A stretch of DNA of 64,000 nt from Candidatus Methanomethylicaceae archaeon (GCA_015660995.1 JACTUC010000006.1:14565-78564); one strand, 5' to 3'. Numbered from the stretch's first letter, positions 33,274 through 43,251 are shown. A program made the numbers and translations. The notes: generated from the letters alone by a model not told the origin.

Positions 33274-35244
33274 TTACCTGAGATTCTCTTCAACAGAGAG
33301 TATTTCTAGCTTAAACTCTTCGTAGGCCTTCTTTGCCTCCTCCACACTCGTCTCGTCTTCCAATGTCGTTATGTCACCGATGTTCCTCTCCTCAGCTACG
33401 GCACCTATCACTCTTCTCATTATCTTGCCGCTTCTGGTCTTTGGCAACTTATTTACAAAGTATAGGGCCTGAGGAGCAGCTATGGGCCCAATTGCCTGCC
33501 TTATTTGATTGATGAGCTCAACTCTCAGCTGTGGAGAAGGTGTGTATCCAGGTCTGAGGATGACGAAGGCAACGGGTACCTGCATCTTTATTGGATCAGC
33601 CTTGCCTATCACCGCAGACTCAGCAACAGCGGGATGCGATATCAAAACATTCTCCAATTCAATGGTTCCGATTCTGTGGCCAGCCACCTTGAGAACTTCG
33701 TCAGCCCTACCCAAAAGCCAGAGATATCCATCGCTATCCTTCATGGCAAAATCCCCTGGGTAATAGAAACCTGGGAACTTCGTGAAGTAGGTCTTTTTAA
33801 ACCTCTCATGGTCTCCCCAGATGGTTATGAATTCGCCTGGCCACGGTTTTCGTATGACGAGATATCCCTTCTCGTCAGGCTTGGCTATCATTTTATCTTC
33901 TGTATAAACATCTGCGTCCACTCCTGGCAAGGGGAAGGTAGCTGAACCTGGCTTGAGGGGAACTAGGGCGAGGCCAGGCTGTGGAGAAATCATTATCCCC
34001 CCTGTTTCAGTCTGCCACCAAGTATCAACTATTGGCGTTTTTTCTTGGCCGATATACTTGTAATACCAGCTCCATGCCTCAGGATTGATAGGTTCGCCAA
34101 CGGAACCAAGTATCCTTAGGGTGGATAATTGGTGTTTTTTTGCCCAGCTCTCCCCATGCTTCATGTGCATCCTTATGGAGGTCGGGGAAGTGTAGAATAT
34201 GGTTACACCATACCTCTCAATCATATCCCACCACCTATCGGGTGTGGGGTAATCCGGTGCACCTTCGTATATTAATGAGGTTACCCCGCTTATCAATGGA
34301 CCATAGACAATGTAGGTATGGCCGGTAATCCAGCCAACATCGGCAGCGCACCAGAAGATGTCTTTGTCGTTCACATCGAAGACAACCTTCTGGGTAAAAT
34401 ATGCCCACACCATATAGCCAGCGGTTCCGTGGGTGGCTCCTTTTGGTTTGCCCGTCGTTCCAGAGGTATAAAGAATAAAGCTGGGGTGCATCCCGTCAAG
34501 CTTCTCAGGCTCAACGTAGGCGTCTGCCGACTCAACCAACTCGTGGTACCACACATCCCTGTCCTCAACCATGTTAACAATATTGTGGCCTCTCCGCACC
34601 ACCAAAACTTTTTCCACGGTGGTTGTATGCTTTAGCGCCTCGTCCACAACCCCCTTGATCTCAATGGTCTTGCCCCTCCTGTAACTTTCGTCAGCAGTTA
34701 TGATCACCTTGCTCTGGGAGTCATTCACTCGATCTGCTATCGCTTGGGCAGCAAACCCGGCGAAGATAACAGAATGAATTGCCCCAATCCTAACCGTAGC
34801 AAGCATGCTGATCAGCAGTTCAGGGATCATGGGCATGTAGATTGTAACCCTGTCCCCTTTCCTCACTCCTAAACTTCTCAAAACCGACGCAAATTTGTTT
34901 ACCTCACGGTACAGATCATAGTAAGTCAGGGTACGTTTCTCCCCATTCTCGCCTTCCCAATAATATGCAACCTTGTTCTTTCTCCAACTCTCAACGTGCC
35001 GATCAAGGGCATTATATGAAATGTTGGTCTTCATCGACGCAAACCACTTGGCGTATGGAGGTTCTTCCATAGGCTGAAAGGCAAGGCCGTTCTTTTCGTA
35101 CCAAAATAGTTCATCAGCGAACTTCTGCCAAAACAACTCAGGGTTCTCCAAACTGCGTTTATGAACGTCCTTCAGAACGTTCACATCAGGATGGATGGTT
35201 TTTGAAGTTGGCAGGGCATTTAAAATTTTTTCCAATTCTCCCAC
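33274..35244 (-). CDS. acs: AMP-forming acetyl-CoA synthetase
   Basis: YTSGTTGKPKG, DTWWQTETG, LPKTRSGKIMRR. Confidence 0.95.
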   Translation of the reverse strand: MGELEKILNALPTSKTIHPDVNVLKDVHKRSLENPELFWQKFADELFWYEKNGLAFQPMEEPPYAKWFASMKTNISYNALDRHVESWRKNKVAYYWEGENGEKRTLTYYDLYREVNKFASVLRSLGVRKGDRVTIYMPMIPELLISMLATVRIGAIHSVIFAGFAAQAIADRVNDSQSKVIITADESYRRGKTIEIKGVVDEALKHTTTVEKVLVVRRGHNIVNMVEDRDVWYHELVESADAYVEPEKLDGMHPSFILYTSGTTGKPKGATHGTAGYMVWAYFTQKVVFDVNDKDIFWCAADVGWITGHTYIVYGPLISGVTSLIYEGAPDYPTPDRWWDMIERYGVTIFYTSPTSIRMHMKHGESWAKKHQLSTLRILGSVGEPINPEAWSWYYKYIGQEKTPIVDTWWQTETGGIMISPQPGLALVPLKPGSATFPLPGVDADVYTEDKMIAKPDEKGYLVIRKPWPGEFITIWGDHERFKKTYFTKFPGFYYPGDFAMKDSDGYLWLLGRADEVLKVAGHRIGTIELENVLISHPAVAESAVIGKADPIKMQVPVAFVILRPGYTPSPQLRVELINQIRQAIGPIAAPQALYFVNKLPKTRSGKIMRRVIGAVAEERNIGDITTLEDETSVEEAKKAYEEFKLEILSVEENLR

Positions 35245-35442
35245 CTAACCCATTTCCCTATTTACTAGAGTTTATGGTTGCTCTTGACTTATTTGATCTG
35301 CGACTTCTGGCAAAGGAGCGATGTTAGGTTTGACTTAATATACATTTCCTTTGCCATAAGACAAGCGCTTAATTGTCATATTATATAAACGTTCTCAATG
35401 ATTATAATTATATATAATTACAGATTAAGCTGCCATTCCATG

Positions 35443-36189
35443 TCAACTTTTTAGGTAATCTAAGAGGGCATAGGCATCTGTCGGGGAATGACCAGAATAA
35501 TATTTGTTGCAATAGACAAAGACTTCATTTGAGTCATCAATCAACTTCCTGATCTTTCCTGCCCATTCCTTTGTATCTGCGGTTCTATCTCTCTCAACCT
35601 TGCCAGTTGTCCCCTTTATTTTCTTGTTGTCCCCTTCTAGCCTTATGTATGTGAATCCAGCTGTTAAAACATCAATCTTTGGCATGGAAGGATGATCAAC
35701 AATAGCGAGCGCAATCCCCCTGTCTCTTAGGATTGAATATAGTCGGTCTTCAAGCATCTTCCTGTTCTTAACTTCCATAACAAACCGGTGCGCCCTGGGT
35801 AGTATGCCAAGGAACTCCCTTAAATTTGGCAAGTCCTCTGGAGTGAACTCAGGAGAGAGCTGAATGAGCAGAGGACCTTCTTTCTCCTTGAGAAGTGACA
35901 TCCTGTTCAAGAAAACGCGTGTCTCTTCCTCCACGCCTAGAAGCTTCTTCTCCTGGGTGACCTTCTTGGGGAACTTTGCGGAAAAGAGAAAACCAGATGG
36001 AGTCTGGTCCCTCCAGTTTTCCACCACGGCAATACTAGGTATTCTGTAAAACGTATTGTCGATCTCGACCGAGCCGAAGTGCTTGGAATATTCAGAGAGG
36101 AACTGAGCCGGCTTCAGCCCTTCAGGATAAAAATTCCCGACCCAAAAATCGTAGCCCCACCCCACAGTGCCTAGATGCAGTTTATCCAA
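35443..36189 (-). CDS. DUF72 (YecE-like) protein
   Basis: GTVGWGY..W..FYP, VEIDNTFYRIP, F.FSAKFP, LLIQL, YIRL. Confidence 0.9.
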   Translation of the reverse strand: MDKLHLGTVGWGYDFWVGNFYPEGLKPAQFLSEYSKHFGSVEIDNTFYRIPSIAVVENWRDQTPSGFLFSAKFPKKVTQEKKLLGVEEETRVFLNRMSLLKEKEGPLLIQLSPEFTPEDLPNLREFLGILPRAHRFVMEVKNRKMLEDRLYSILRDRGIALAIVDHPSMPKIDVLTAGFTYIRLEGDNKKIKGTTGKVERDRTADTKEWAGKIRKLIDDSNEVFVYCNKYYSGHSPTDAYALLDYLKS

Positions 36190-36583
36190 GCTTATCCCTC
36201 GTCTTCATCACTAACCATTGCTTCTCCCCCGCCTTTTTGAACCTCATTAGTGCATACCTTCCATGCAACCTTCTGCCATTGATAATGAACTCGATCATGT
36301 CCTCCCCCCATGCTATCGGTTCGTAGGTGCCACTATCCCAAATAGACACAGCTCCCGCTCCATACTCGCCCTTGGGTATCTCCCCCTCGAAACTGCCGTA
36401 CTCCAGTGGGTGATCCTCAACCTCGATAGCAAGATGTTTCTCGCCAGGGTTCTCCGGCATACCCTTGGGCACGGCCCAGCTCTTGAGGACCCCATCTTTC
36501 TCAAGCCTCAGGTCGTAGTGGAGCCTCCTGGCACGGTGCTCTTGAATGACGTAAGCTCTCCTGCCGCCCCTGGATCCACTCAA
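36182..36583 (-). CDS. Stand-alone LigD 3'-phosphoesterase domain
   Basis: VIQEHRARRLHYDLRLE..VLKSWAVPKG, LAIEVEDHPLEY..FEG.IP..YGAG.V.IWD.G. Confidence 0.93.
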   Translation of the reverse strand: MSGSRGGRRAYVIQEHRARRLHYDLRLEKDGVLKSWAVPKGMPENPGEKHLAIEVEDHPLEYGSFEGEIPKGEYGAGAVSIWDSGTYEPIAWGEDMIEFIINGRRLHGRYALMRFKKAGEKQWLVMKTRDKLG

Positions 36584-36637
36584 GACTTCTCCACCTGGTA
36601 TGGTACAATATATCTATGCCCGAGGCATTAAAATGAG

Positions 36638-36711
36638 TGGGCCCGGAGGGATTTGAACCCTCGACCACTCGATTATCAGTCGAGTGCTCAACCAGGCTGA
36701 GCTACGAGCCC
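36638..36711 (-). tRNA. tRNA-Ile(GAT)
   Basis: GGGCTCG..CTCGA-CT-GAT-AA-TCGAG..GGTTCAAATCC..CGGGCCC-A; CCA not encoded. Confidence 0.95.
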
Positions 36712-36902
36712 TCCCTTCGAAGAAATAAACTCCCTACGGATTTATTCTTTTTGCCAGTTCCGTAAAACCTTCATCCGCCTTAGAAGATTTGTCATTGAGA
36801 ACACTGAGCGTAAGCATTCAGCCTCCGGCCTTCCTCTCAGGAAGCTTATTGTTCCCCATCCTAAATGCTTAAATCCTCCGTTAAAATCTTCCATTAGTGG
36901 AA

Positions 36903-36977
36903 GGGCCGGTAGATCAGTCGCAGATCACCTGCCTCGCACGCAGGGGGCCGCGGGTTCAAGTCCCGCCCGGTCCACCA
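36903..36977 (+). tRNA. tRNA-Ala(CGC)
   Basis: G3:U70 pair; CCTGC-CT-CGC-AC-GCAGG; CCA encoded. Confidence 0.92.
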
Positions 36978-37116
36978 TTTTAGATAATAAAGGCAATAAC
37001 ATGAAGATCCCTCCAAAAAATAGAACCAAAGGGTATCTCGAAAGCTAAATTAAAACCCAGTACAGTTAACGAAGCAACGAAAAAGTATATACCTCATCAC
37101 GATAACCTTTTCTCGA

Positions 37117-37734
37117 GTGATCAGAATGAAGATTGGAGAAGAGTTCTACCCAAGTTCGAAGATGATGATGCTTTATGTGACCTACCTTCTAATGGCTATC
37201 ATCCCGCTCTATGCGCTTGGGATTGGCATATCTTTGGTTGTAGCATATTATGCCTCAGTTTTTGCAGCCGAAGTATTTGCACTCGCTTACCTCCTGCCCC
37301 TGACTGTTATCACACTCTTCGCCCTATTCTGGATCCCTAAGTACTTCAAATCCATAAAATACCTTTTCACGGAAACCGACGTTAGGGTTGAGATAGGCGT
37401 GTGGTGGAAGGAACGCCACGCAATTCCCTACTCAAGGATAATGAACGTTGACACAATCCAGGGTCCGATTTCAAGGATTTATGGTCTTGGAACTGTAGAC
37501 ATCTATACTGCTGGATATACTGGAGTTGCCGGAGGGACAGGCGGGCCAAAAGCCAGGCGCGCCGAGGCTTCATTAATAAACGTTCCAGACTTTCACGATC
37601 TGAGAGAGCAGGTGTTAGAAGTTGTCCGAGGAAAGCCTTTGTTCGGTCTGCCTGCTGCAGCTACCGACAATATTAGCGAGCAGATGCTGAGCGAGCTTAA
37701 AGAGATCAGGAAATTGATGGAAACAAAATCCTGA
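37117..37734 (+). CDS. Membrane protein with bacterial PH domain (YdbS-like)
   Basis: Two TM helices, then GVWW..IPYSRI.NV..QGP..R.YGLG.V.I.TAG. Confidence 0.85.
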   Translation: MIRMKIGEEFYPSSKMMMLYVTYLLMAIIPLYALGIGISLVVAYYASVFAAEVFALAYLLPLTVITLFALFWIPKYFKSIKYLFTETDVRVEIGVWWKERHAIPYSRIMNVDTIQGPISRIYGLGTVDIYTAGYTGVAGGTGGPKARRAEASLINVPDFHDLREQVLEVVRGKPLFGLPAAATDNISEQMLSELKEIRKLMETKS

Positions 37735-37795
37735 CTCTCTTTTTCTTTGCTTGTAATCAAAATCTTAAATATCAACAGCATGATTTTATCTTCTA

Positions 37796-38638
37796 GTGAT
37801 TAATGTTATGGTCATCGGCGGCAGCTCCGGCGGGGAGCGTGGATGCAGAAAAGAGCTGAGATCGGCAAAGTTGGTAGTCGTCAAGATAGGTGCATCATCA
37901 CTGTCTGGATCTTCAGGCTCGTTGGATCTTGGCAGATTGGGCTCCCTCTGTAAGGAGCTGGTGGCAGTCAAGAATAAAGGGATCAATGTAGTCTTGGTCT
38001 CGTCGGGCGCCATAAGGGCGGGCAGGGCCACAATGATGGATCTGACCAAGAATGGTGAGATGGCAGGCCTCCAGGCTTTGGCTGCCATTGGACAGGTAGT
38101 GCTGATGGAGGCTTATCGTGATATTATGGCGGACAAAGGTTGCAAAGTCGCCCAGATCCTCCTCACTTGGGACGACTTCAGGAACAAGAGAAGGCTGAGA
38201 AACCTGCTTAACACCTTCAACAGCCTCCTTTTACTGGGCGTTGTCCCCATAATCAACGAGAACGATACCATTGCAGTCGACGAGATAAAGTTTGGCGATA
38301 ATGACACTCTCTCGGCATTGGTTGCCAAGTACATGCAGGCAGATCTGCTAGTCCTGCTTTCGGACATCGATGGCCTTTACACTGGAGATCCAGGAAACGT
38401 CGGCTCCAAGTTAGTCCCTTGCATCGATTCTATCACCCCTGACGTGGAGAAGGTCGTCTCGGAGAAGCACGATGGGTTTGGCGGCATGGAAACTAAGCTC
38501 AAAGCCGCCAAGATTGCAACGGGATCGGGCATTCCCATGGTGATCGCCAACGGGGGTAGCCCGAAGGTGCTCGAAAGGATAATAAATGGTGAGCGGATAG
38601 GCACGCTCTTTTTGCCGGGGGACCAAGATGGGCAGTAG
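37796..38638 (+). CDS. proB: Glutamate 5-kinase (no PUA domain)
   Basis: VVKIGASS, VSSGAI, PIINENDT, FGDNDTLS, GGMETK. Confidence 0.95.
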   Translation: MINVMVIGGSSGGERGCRKELRSAKLVVVKIGASSLSGSSGSLDLGRLGSLCKELVAVKNKGINVVLVSSGAIRAGRATMMDLTKNGEMAGLQALAAIGQVVLMEAYRDIMADKGCKVAQILLTWDDFRNKRRLRNLLNTFNSLLLLGVVPIINENDTIAVDEIKFGDNDTLSALVAKYMQADLLVLLSDIDGLYTGDPGNVGSKLVPCIDSITPDVEKVVSEKHDGFGGMETKLKAAKIATGSGIPMVIANGGSPKVLERIINGERIGTLFLPGDQDGQ

Positions 38639-39968
38639 CCTGATGGAAAAGGTTGCAAGGGCAAAGAGAGCAGGTCTCCTGCTTTCACAGACACCCCGCA
38701 GAACCAGAGACCACGCTCTGAACTCTGCGGCAAAGATGTTGCTGGAGAAAAAAGAGGAGATACTAAAAGCCAACTCGAAGGACATCGCTGCGGCCAGGGC
38801 GCAGCTAGCTGAGGGAAAGCTCTCCAAGTCCCTGCTGGATAGGCTTGAGCTTGATCAGGCAAAGCTAACCGAAATATCGAAGATGATCGAGAGCGTGGCG
38901 AAGCTCGACGATCCCGTGGGCAAGACTGTTTATGCAGTAAAGCTGGATAGTGGCTTAGACCTCTTCAAGATAACCGTTCCCTTTGGGCTCATAGCATCTA
39001 TATTTGAGAGCAGGCCTGATGCTCTGCCCCAGATAGCCTCGCTTTGCTTGAAATCAGGCAACGCTGTCCTGCTGAAGGGCGGCTCAGAGGCGCAAGAGAC
39101 TAACCGCTCAATCTTCCAAGTTATGAGCCAGGCTTTCGCCTCTGCAGGCGTCCCCGATGGAAGCATGGTACTCGTGGAGGGCAGGGCAGCCATTGCTGAA
39201 ATCTTGAAGATGGAGGGCACTGTGGACCTAATAATTCCGAGAGGTAGCAATGAGTTCGTGAGGCACATCCAAGAGAGCACCAGGATACCTGTACTAGGAC
39301 ACTCTTCTGGAATATGCCACATATACGTTGAAAGCACTGCCGACCACGAAAAAGCAGTTGGGATCTGCCATGACGCAAGGGTGCAGTATCCTGCTGCGTG
39401 CAATTCTATGAAAGTCCTGCTTATAGACGACAAGATTGCACCGGTGCTTTTGCCGAAAATAGCCAATAAGCTCGTTGGCAGTGGGGTGAAATTGAAGGGG
39501 TGCAAAGAAACGATCAAGGTGCTCAGTGCTCGAGGCATCCCAGTTGAGCCAGCGCAAGAGTCCGACTACCATCACGAGTACCTTGAACTCACCCTGCCAA
39601 TTAGGATCGTGAAGGGTGTCGACGAGGCTGTGGCGCATATCAACCGCCACGGATCCAAGCACACAGACTCTATCATCTCCGAAGACGCTAAAGCTGTGAA
39701 GACTTTTCTGAACGGCGTAGACTCATCTACAGTGATCCGTAACGCCTCAACACGCTTCAGCGACGGCTACCGGTATGGTCTGGGTGCAGAAGTCGGTATA
39801 AGCACAAACAAGATTCATGCGAGAGGACCAGTGGGGCTTGAAGGACTGGTGACAACAAAATATGTGCTGTTGGGATCGGGCCAGAGGGTGCTAGATTACG
39901 CTGGCAAAGGCGCCAAACCCTTCGTTCATGAAAGGATCGATGGCAAATGGGAGGAACGATTGAAATGA
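38628..39968 (+). CDS. proA: Gamma-glutamyl phosphate reductase
   Basis: FESRP, LKGGSEA, IPRG, PAACNS, NASTRFSDG..GLGAEVGIST.KIHARGPVG. Confidence 0.96.
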   Translation: MGSSLMEKVARAKRAGLLLSQTPRRTRDHALNSAAKMLLEKKEEILKANSKDIAAARAQLAEGKLSKSLLDRLELDQAKLTEISKMIESVAKLDDPVGKTVYAVKLDSGLDLFKITVPFGLIASIFESRPDALPQIASLCLKSGNAVLLKGGSEAQETNRSIFQVMSQAFASAGVPDGSMVLVEGRAAIAEILKMEGTVDLIIPRGSNEFVRHIQESTRIPVLGHSSGICHIYVESTADHEKAVGICHDARVQYPAACNSMKVLLIDDKIAPVLLPKIANKLVGSGVKLKGCKETIKVLSARGIPVEPAQESDYHHEYLELTLPIRIVKGVDEAVAHINRHGSKHTDSIISEDAKAVKTFLNGVDSSTVIRNASTRFSDGYRYGLGAEVGISTNKIHARGPVGLEGLVTTKYVLLGSGQRVLDYAGKGAKPFVHERIDGKWEERLK

Positions 39969-40777
39969 GCAAGATGTCACTCGCCGTAATCGGCTATGGG
40001 AAGATGGGGTCATCACTAATTAAAGGCGCACTAAAATCAGGTCTCATAATACCAGGAGATACCAAAGTCTTTGACACCGATGGTGAACGGGCGGACCTGG
40101 CAAGGAAAGATGGACTCGTGGTCATAGAGAAACTTGACAGCGTAGCAGGATCGGACGCGGTGCTACTCTCGGTCAAGCCCAAGGACATGGGAGAGCTGTT
40201 GGACAAGCTGAAGCCAATTATCACGGCCAGCAGCACCCTCTTCGTATCAATCGCTGCAGGCGTGAAGATCGCATATATTGAATCCAAGCTCGGCGAGGGT
40301 TCAAGGGTCGTGCGGGTAATGCCAAACATTGCTGCCTCGGTCAACGAGGCTGCCAGCGCCTTCACTGCAAATAGGTGGGTCAAGGACGCGGATCTGCTCT
40401 TCGTCGGCTCCCTCCTTAAAGGAGTCGGCCTGGCTTACTGGCTAGACGGCGAAGACATGATCGATTCAGTCACAGGCATCAGCGGGAGCGGGCCAGCATA
40501 CTTTTTTAAGCTAATGAAGGCTATGGAGGAAGCTGGGAAAAAGACTGGTCTCTCGGAGAAGCTTGCGAGATCACTAGTCGCCCAGACCTGCAAAGGCTCC
40601 GGTGCTCTTGCGCTGCAGTCTGACCAATCCTTCGACCAGCTTATCAATGCTGTCGCCTCGCCTGGCGGTACAACGGAAGAGGCTCTAAAGGTAATGGACT
40701 CCAAGGGTTTCTCTGAAACTGTGACAGGCGCTGTCTTGGCTGCCATTGAAAAGTCGAAAAGGATGAGCCGCAGCTGA
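39965..40777 (+). CDS. proC: Pyrroline-5-carboxylate reductase
   Basis: GYGKMG, SVKP, VRVMPN, SGSGPAY, SPGGTT. Confidence 0.95.
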   Translation: MSKMSLAVIGYGKMGSSLIKGALKSGLIIPGDTKVFDTDGERADLARKDGLVVIEKLDSVAGSDAVLLSVKPKDMGELLDKLKPIITASSTLFVSIAAGVKIAYIESKLGEGSRVVRVMPNIAASVNEAASAFTANRWVKDADLLFVGSLLKGVGLAYWLDGEDMIDSVTGISGSGPAYFFKLMKAMEEAGKKTGLSEKLARSLVAQTCKGSGALALQSDQSFDQLINAVASPGGTTEEALKVMDSKGFSETVTGAVLAAIEKSKRMSRS

Positions 40778-42028
40778 TTATTCTTGGGATGCATACCTCA
40801 GTATCGCAACTATCCCACCGAAGGACCCAAGCAGCATCTTACCCTCGTCGGTTTCTGTTGAGATGACCTCTACCTTTGCGTTCGTCTTCTCAGCGAGGGC
40901 AGCCAGCTCGTCAACGATGCTCTTTGCCTCCCCCTCTTCCATCATGCCACCGCATTTGCCGCAGGCCTCCTTACCCCCCTTTGCCAGCAGCGCCTCTTTA
41001 CTGAGGGTCTCCTCCACGATGTTGCCACATTGCTGGCACTGGAAGCTGACCCTGTAGGTATCGATCCCAGCAGAGAGGAGAAGGGACTTGACAACACCCT
41101 TCTCAAGCTTCTGCCTAACCTCCTTCTCGCCATATGTAACTTGGTTGGGGCTCTTCGCAAGCAAATACAAAAAGTTCTGGACTATCTTCTTGTCCTTTAC
41201 ATAGTCGACAGTCTTCAGCAGGTCCGCCGCTCTCTCAAGCAGCTCGTACACGCCCGGCTCCTCCGTGTACCCTAGGTCCTCAACGCCAAGGACCTTCTTC
41301 TGCAGCTGGTATTGCAGATACTCCCCACTGTTGAAGTCGTCCTTGGTAGGTCCGGGGCCGCCTATGATTATACCTTTTAGATTCTCTATAGGCAGGAAGA
41401 TCTTCTCCGCGTGCTCCGCTACCCTTTTGTTGAAGTCGTGGGCCATGATCTCGATGAGCCTCTGGAACCTCCTTGCCGACTGGCCACCCGCGTCGTGCTT
41501 GCTTGGGACTCCAGATGTTATGGTCTCAACGATCTCTACCCTGCGCCCCCTCAGAAGGGCGAAGGTAGCGTCGCTCCTGTCCATGACTATGAGCCCATAA
41601 GTGTCCTTCTCCGCTAGTATATCCTTTATCGGGTCCAAGTAGAACTTCGCATCGCAACGGTAATAGTAGATGCTTATGGGCTCCGGCGGCTCGATGACGT
41701 AGGTCTCGATCTTCTCAGTGCCAGGCCCGCCGCGCGGTATCGCTCCGCAGAAGATGATGAGCCCGTTGGGGGGCGGGACTCTGAAGAGCTTCAGCTTCTG
41801 CATCAAGCTCTCAATTGCGTCCTGAACGTTCTTCTTCGTTGCCTTCGATTTTATGTTGGCCGCGGTGCCGTACTCCTCCCTGAGGTTACTCATTGCGTCG
41901 GAGATCTGCCTGCCAGGGGGGACGTAAAGGGAGACCAGTTCCGTAGCCTTTCCTTCCTTGGACTCAAGCTCCTCCACCAGTCTCTTGAGCCTGTATAACT
42001 CCAGCGAGCTCCTTTTGGTCTCTGACAA
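40778..42028 (-). CDS. prf1: Peptide chain release factor aRF1
   Basis: NIKS, YRCD and GGQS motifs; C-terminal Zn-ribbon insert. Confidence 0.97.
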   Translation of the reverse strand: MSETKRSSLELYRLKRLVEELESKEGKATELVSLYVPPGRQISDAMSNLREEYGTAANIKSKATKKNVQDAIESLMQKLKLFRVPPPNGLIIFCGAIPRGGPGTEKIETYVIEPPEPISIYYYRCDAKFYLDPIKDILAEKDTYGLIVMDRSDATFALLRGRRVEIVETITSGVPSKHDAGGQSARRFQRLIEIMAHDFNKRVAEHAEKIFLPIENLKGIIIGGPGPTKDDFNSGEYLQYQLQKKVLGVEDLGYTEEPGVYELLERAADLLKTVDYVKDKKIVQNFLYLLAKSPNQVTYGEKEVRQKLEKGVVKSLLLSAGIDTYRVSFQCQQCGNIVEETLSKEALLAKGGKEACGKCGGMMEEGEAKSIVDELAALAEKTNAKVEVISTETDEGKMLLGSFGGIVAILRYASQE

Positions 42029-42095
42029 CTAATGCGACCTCGGCGTGTTGGTGAACATTCAACCTTTATATAGCTTCCACTATTAAGTTTCTGCG

Positions 42096-42785
42096 GTGGA
42101 TAGCTTGAACGTTACCATCAAGCTCAGCGGGCATGTACTTTTCCCATCACTCGTGGCAAAATCCGACATTAAAAGTTATGTAAGATGCATCAGGGAGGTC
42201 AAAGCGCTTAAGCACAACCCCTTCGTTGTCGTGGGGGGTGGGGAACCCGCCCGCCATTACATCAAGATCGCCAGGGAGAATGGGGCAGACGAGTCGACCT
42301 GCGACCAGATAGGTATAGCAATCGCAAACATCAACGCCAAGATCTTCATCAGGGCAATGGGAGAGGAGGCATGTCAGTTTGTTCCTACGAACGCTGACGA
42401 ACTTGATAAGGCACTTTCCACAGGGAAGGTGGTCGTGATGGGTGGCTTGCAGCCAGGGCAGTCCACAAACGCCGTTGCCTGTATCTTGGCTGAGCGGTCG
42501 GGCTCCAAGCTTCTGATCAACACGACTACCGTCGACGGGGTCTACAGTGGCGATCCGAAGAAGGACAGATCTGCGAAGAAGTACTCGAAGATAACCGTGG
42601 CAGAACTAACCAAGATCCTAGTGGGTCTTGGGGGCAAAGCCGGTGAGTATGACCTCCTCGACCCAGTGGCTTTGAAGATCATCCAGAGGTCCAAGATAAT
42701 AACCAAGATGATAGATGGGAGCGATCCGAAGAATATTTTAAGGGCGATAAAAGGTGAGGATGTCGGAACTACAATAGTGCCGTGA
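42096..42785 (+). CDS. pyrH: UMP kinase
   Basis: KLSG, VVGGG..AR.YI, GGLQPGQSTNAV, VDGVY..DPK. Confidence 0.93.
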   Translation: MDSLNVTIKLSGHVLFPSLVAKSDIKSYVRCIREVKALKHNPFVVVGGGEPARHYIKIARENGADESTCDQIGIAIANINAKIFIRAMGEEACQFVPTNADELDKALSTGKVVVMGGLQPGQSTNAVACILAERSGSKLLINTTTVDGVYSGDPKKDRSAKKYSKITVAELTKILVGLGGKAGEYDLLDPVALKIIQRSKIITKMIDGSDPKNILRAIKGEDVGTTIVP

Positions 42786-42798
42786 CGGTGTTTCGATA

Positions 42799-43023
42799 AT
42801 GTCCAAAAGAAGAGATGAGGAGAAATGGGGGCCGCACGCCCACTGCTTGATATGTGGCAACGCCATAGCCGAGGACCAAAAAACCTGTTCTGAAGCCTGC
42901 GCTAAGAAGTACGAGACAGACCTCAAGAAGTATAAAAGACAGCAGAACATGAGCTGGCTATTCATAGCTGCCATGGCTGTTGTTATTGTTCTCTTCTTCG
43001 CCGTGTCCTACTTTTTCAAATAA
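42799..43023 (+). CDS. DUF2116 family Zn-ribbon membrane protein
   Basis: PHAHCLICGNAI..CSEAC plus C-terminal TM helix. Confidence 0.85.
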   Translation: MSKRRDEEKWGPHAHCLICGNAIAEDQKTCSEACAKKYETDLKKYKRQQNMSWLFIAAMAVVIVLFFAVSYFFK

Positions 43024-43058
43024 AAGATAAATACCGCCCGAACCCTTTCTTCATCAAG

Positions 43059-43158
43059 GCGGGGGTTCCCAAGCCAGGCTAAAGGGGAAGGACTCAAGAT
43101 CTTAAGATGGGTTATCCTTTGTCGAAGGACTTCGAGGGTTCAAATCCCTCCCCCCGCA
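43059..43158 (+). tRNA. tRNA-Leu(CAA) with 15-nt intron (43099-43113)
   Basis: GCGGGGG acceptor stem; AAGGA-CT-CAA-G^A-TCCTT; long variable arm; BHB (CTCA/TGGG). Confidence 0.93.
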
Positions 43159-43251
43159 CTCCTATCCAGTCCTCTCTTCCAGGGGTCAAGACCATCTCAT
43201 CTTTAAAAGTAGCAAGGCCAAAAACGAAGACATCAGGCAGAGTGGTGCTCG

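Noticed and set aside
36638-43158. Integrated element at the tRNA genes
   Set aside because: No integrase and no duplicated tRNA 3' end seen
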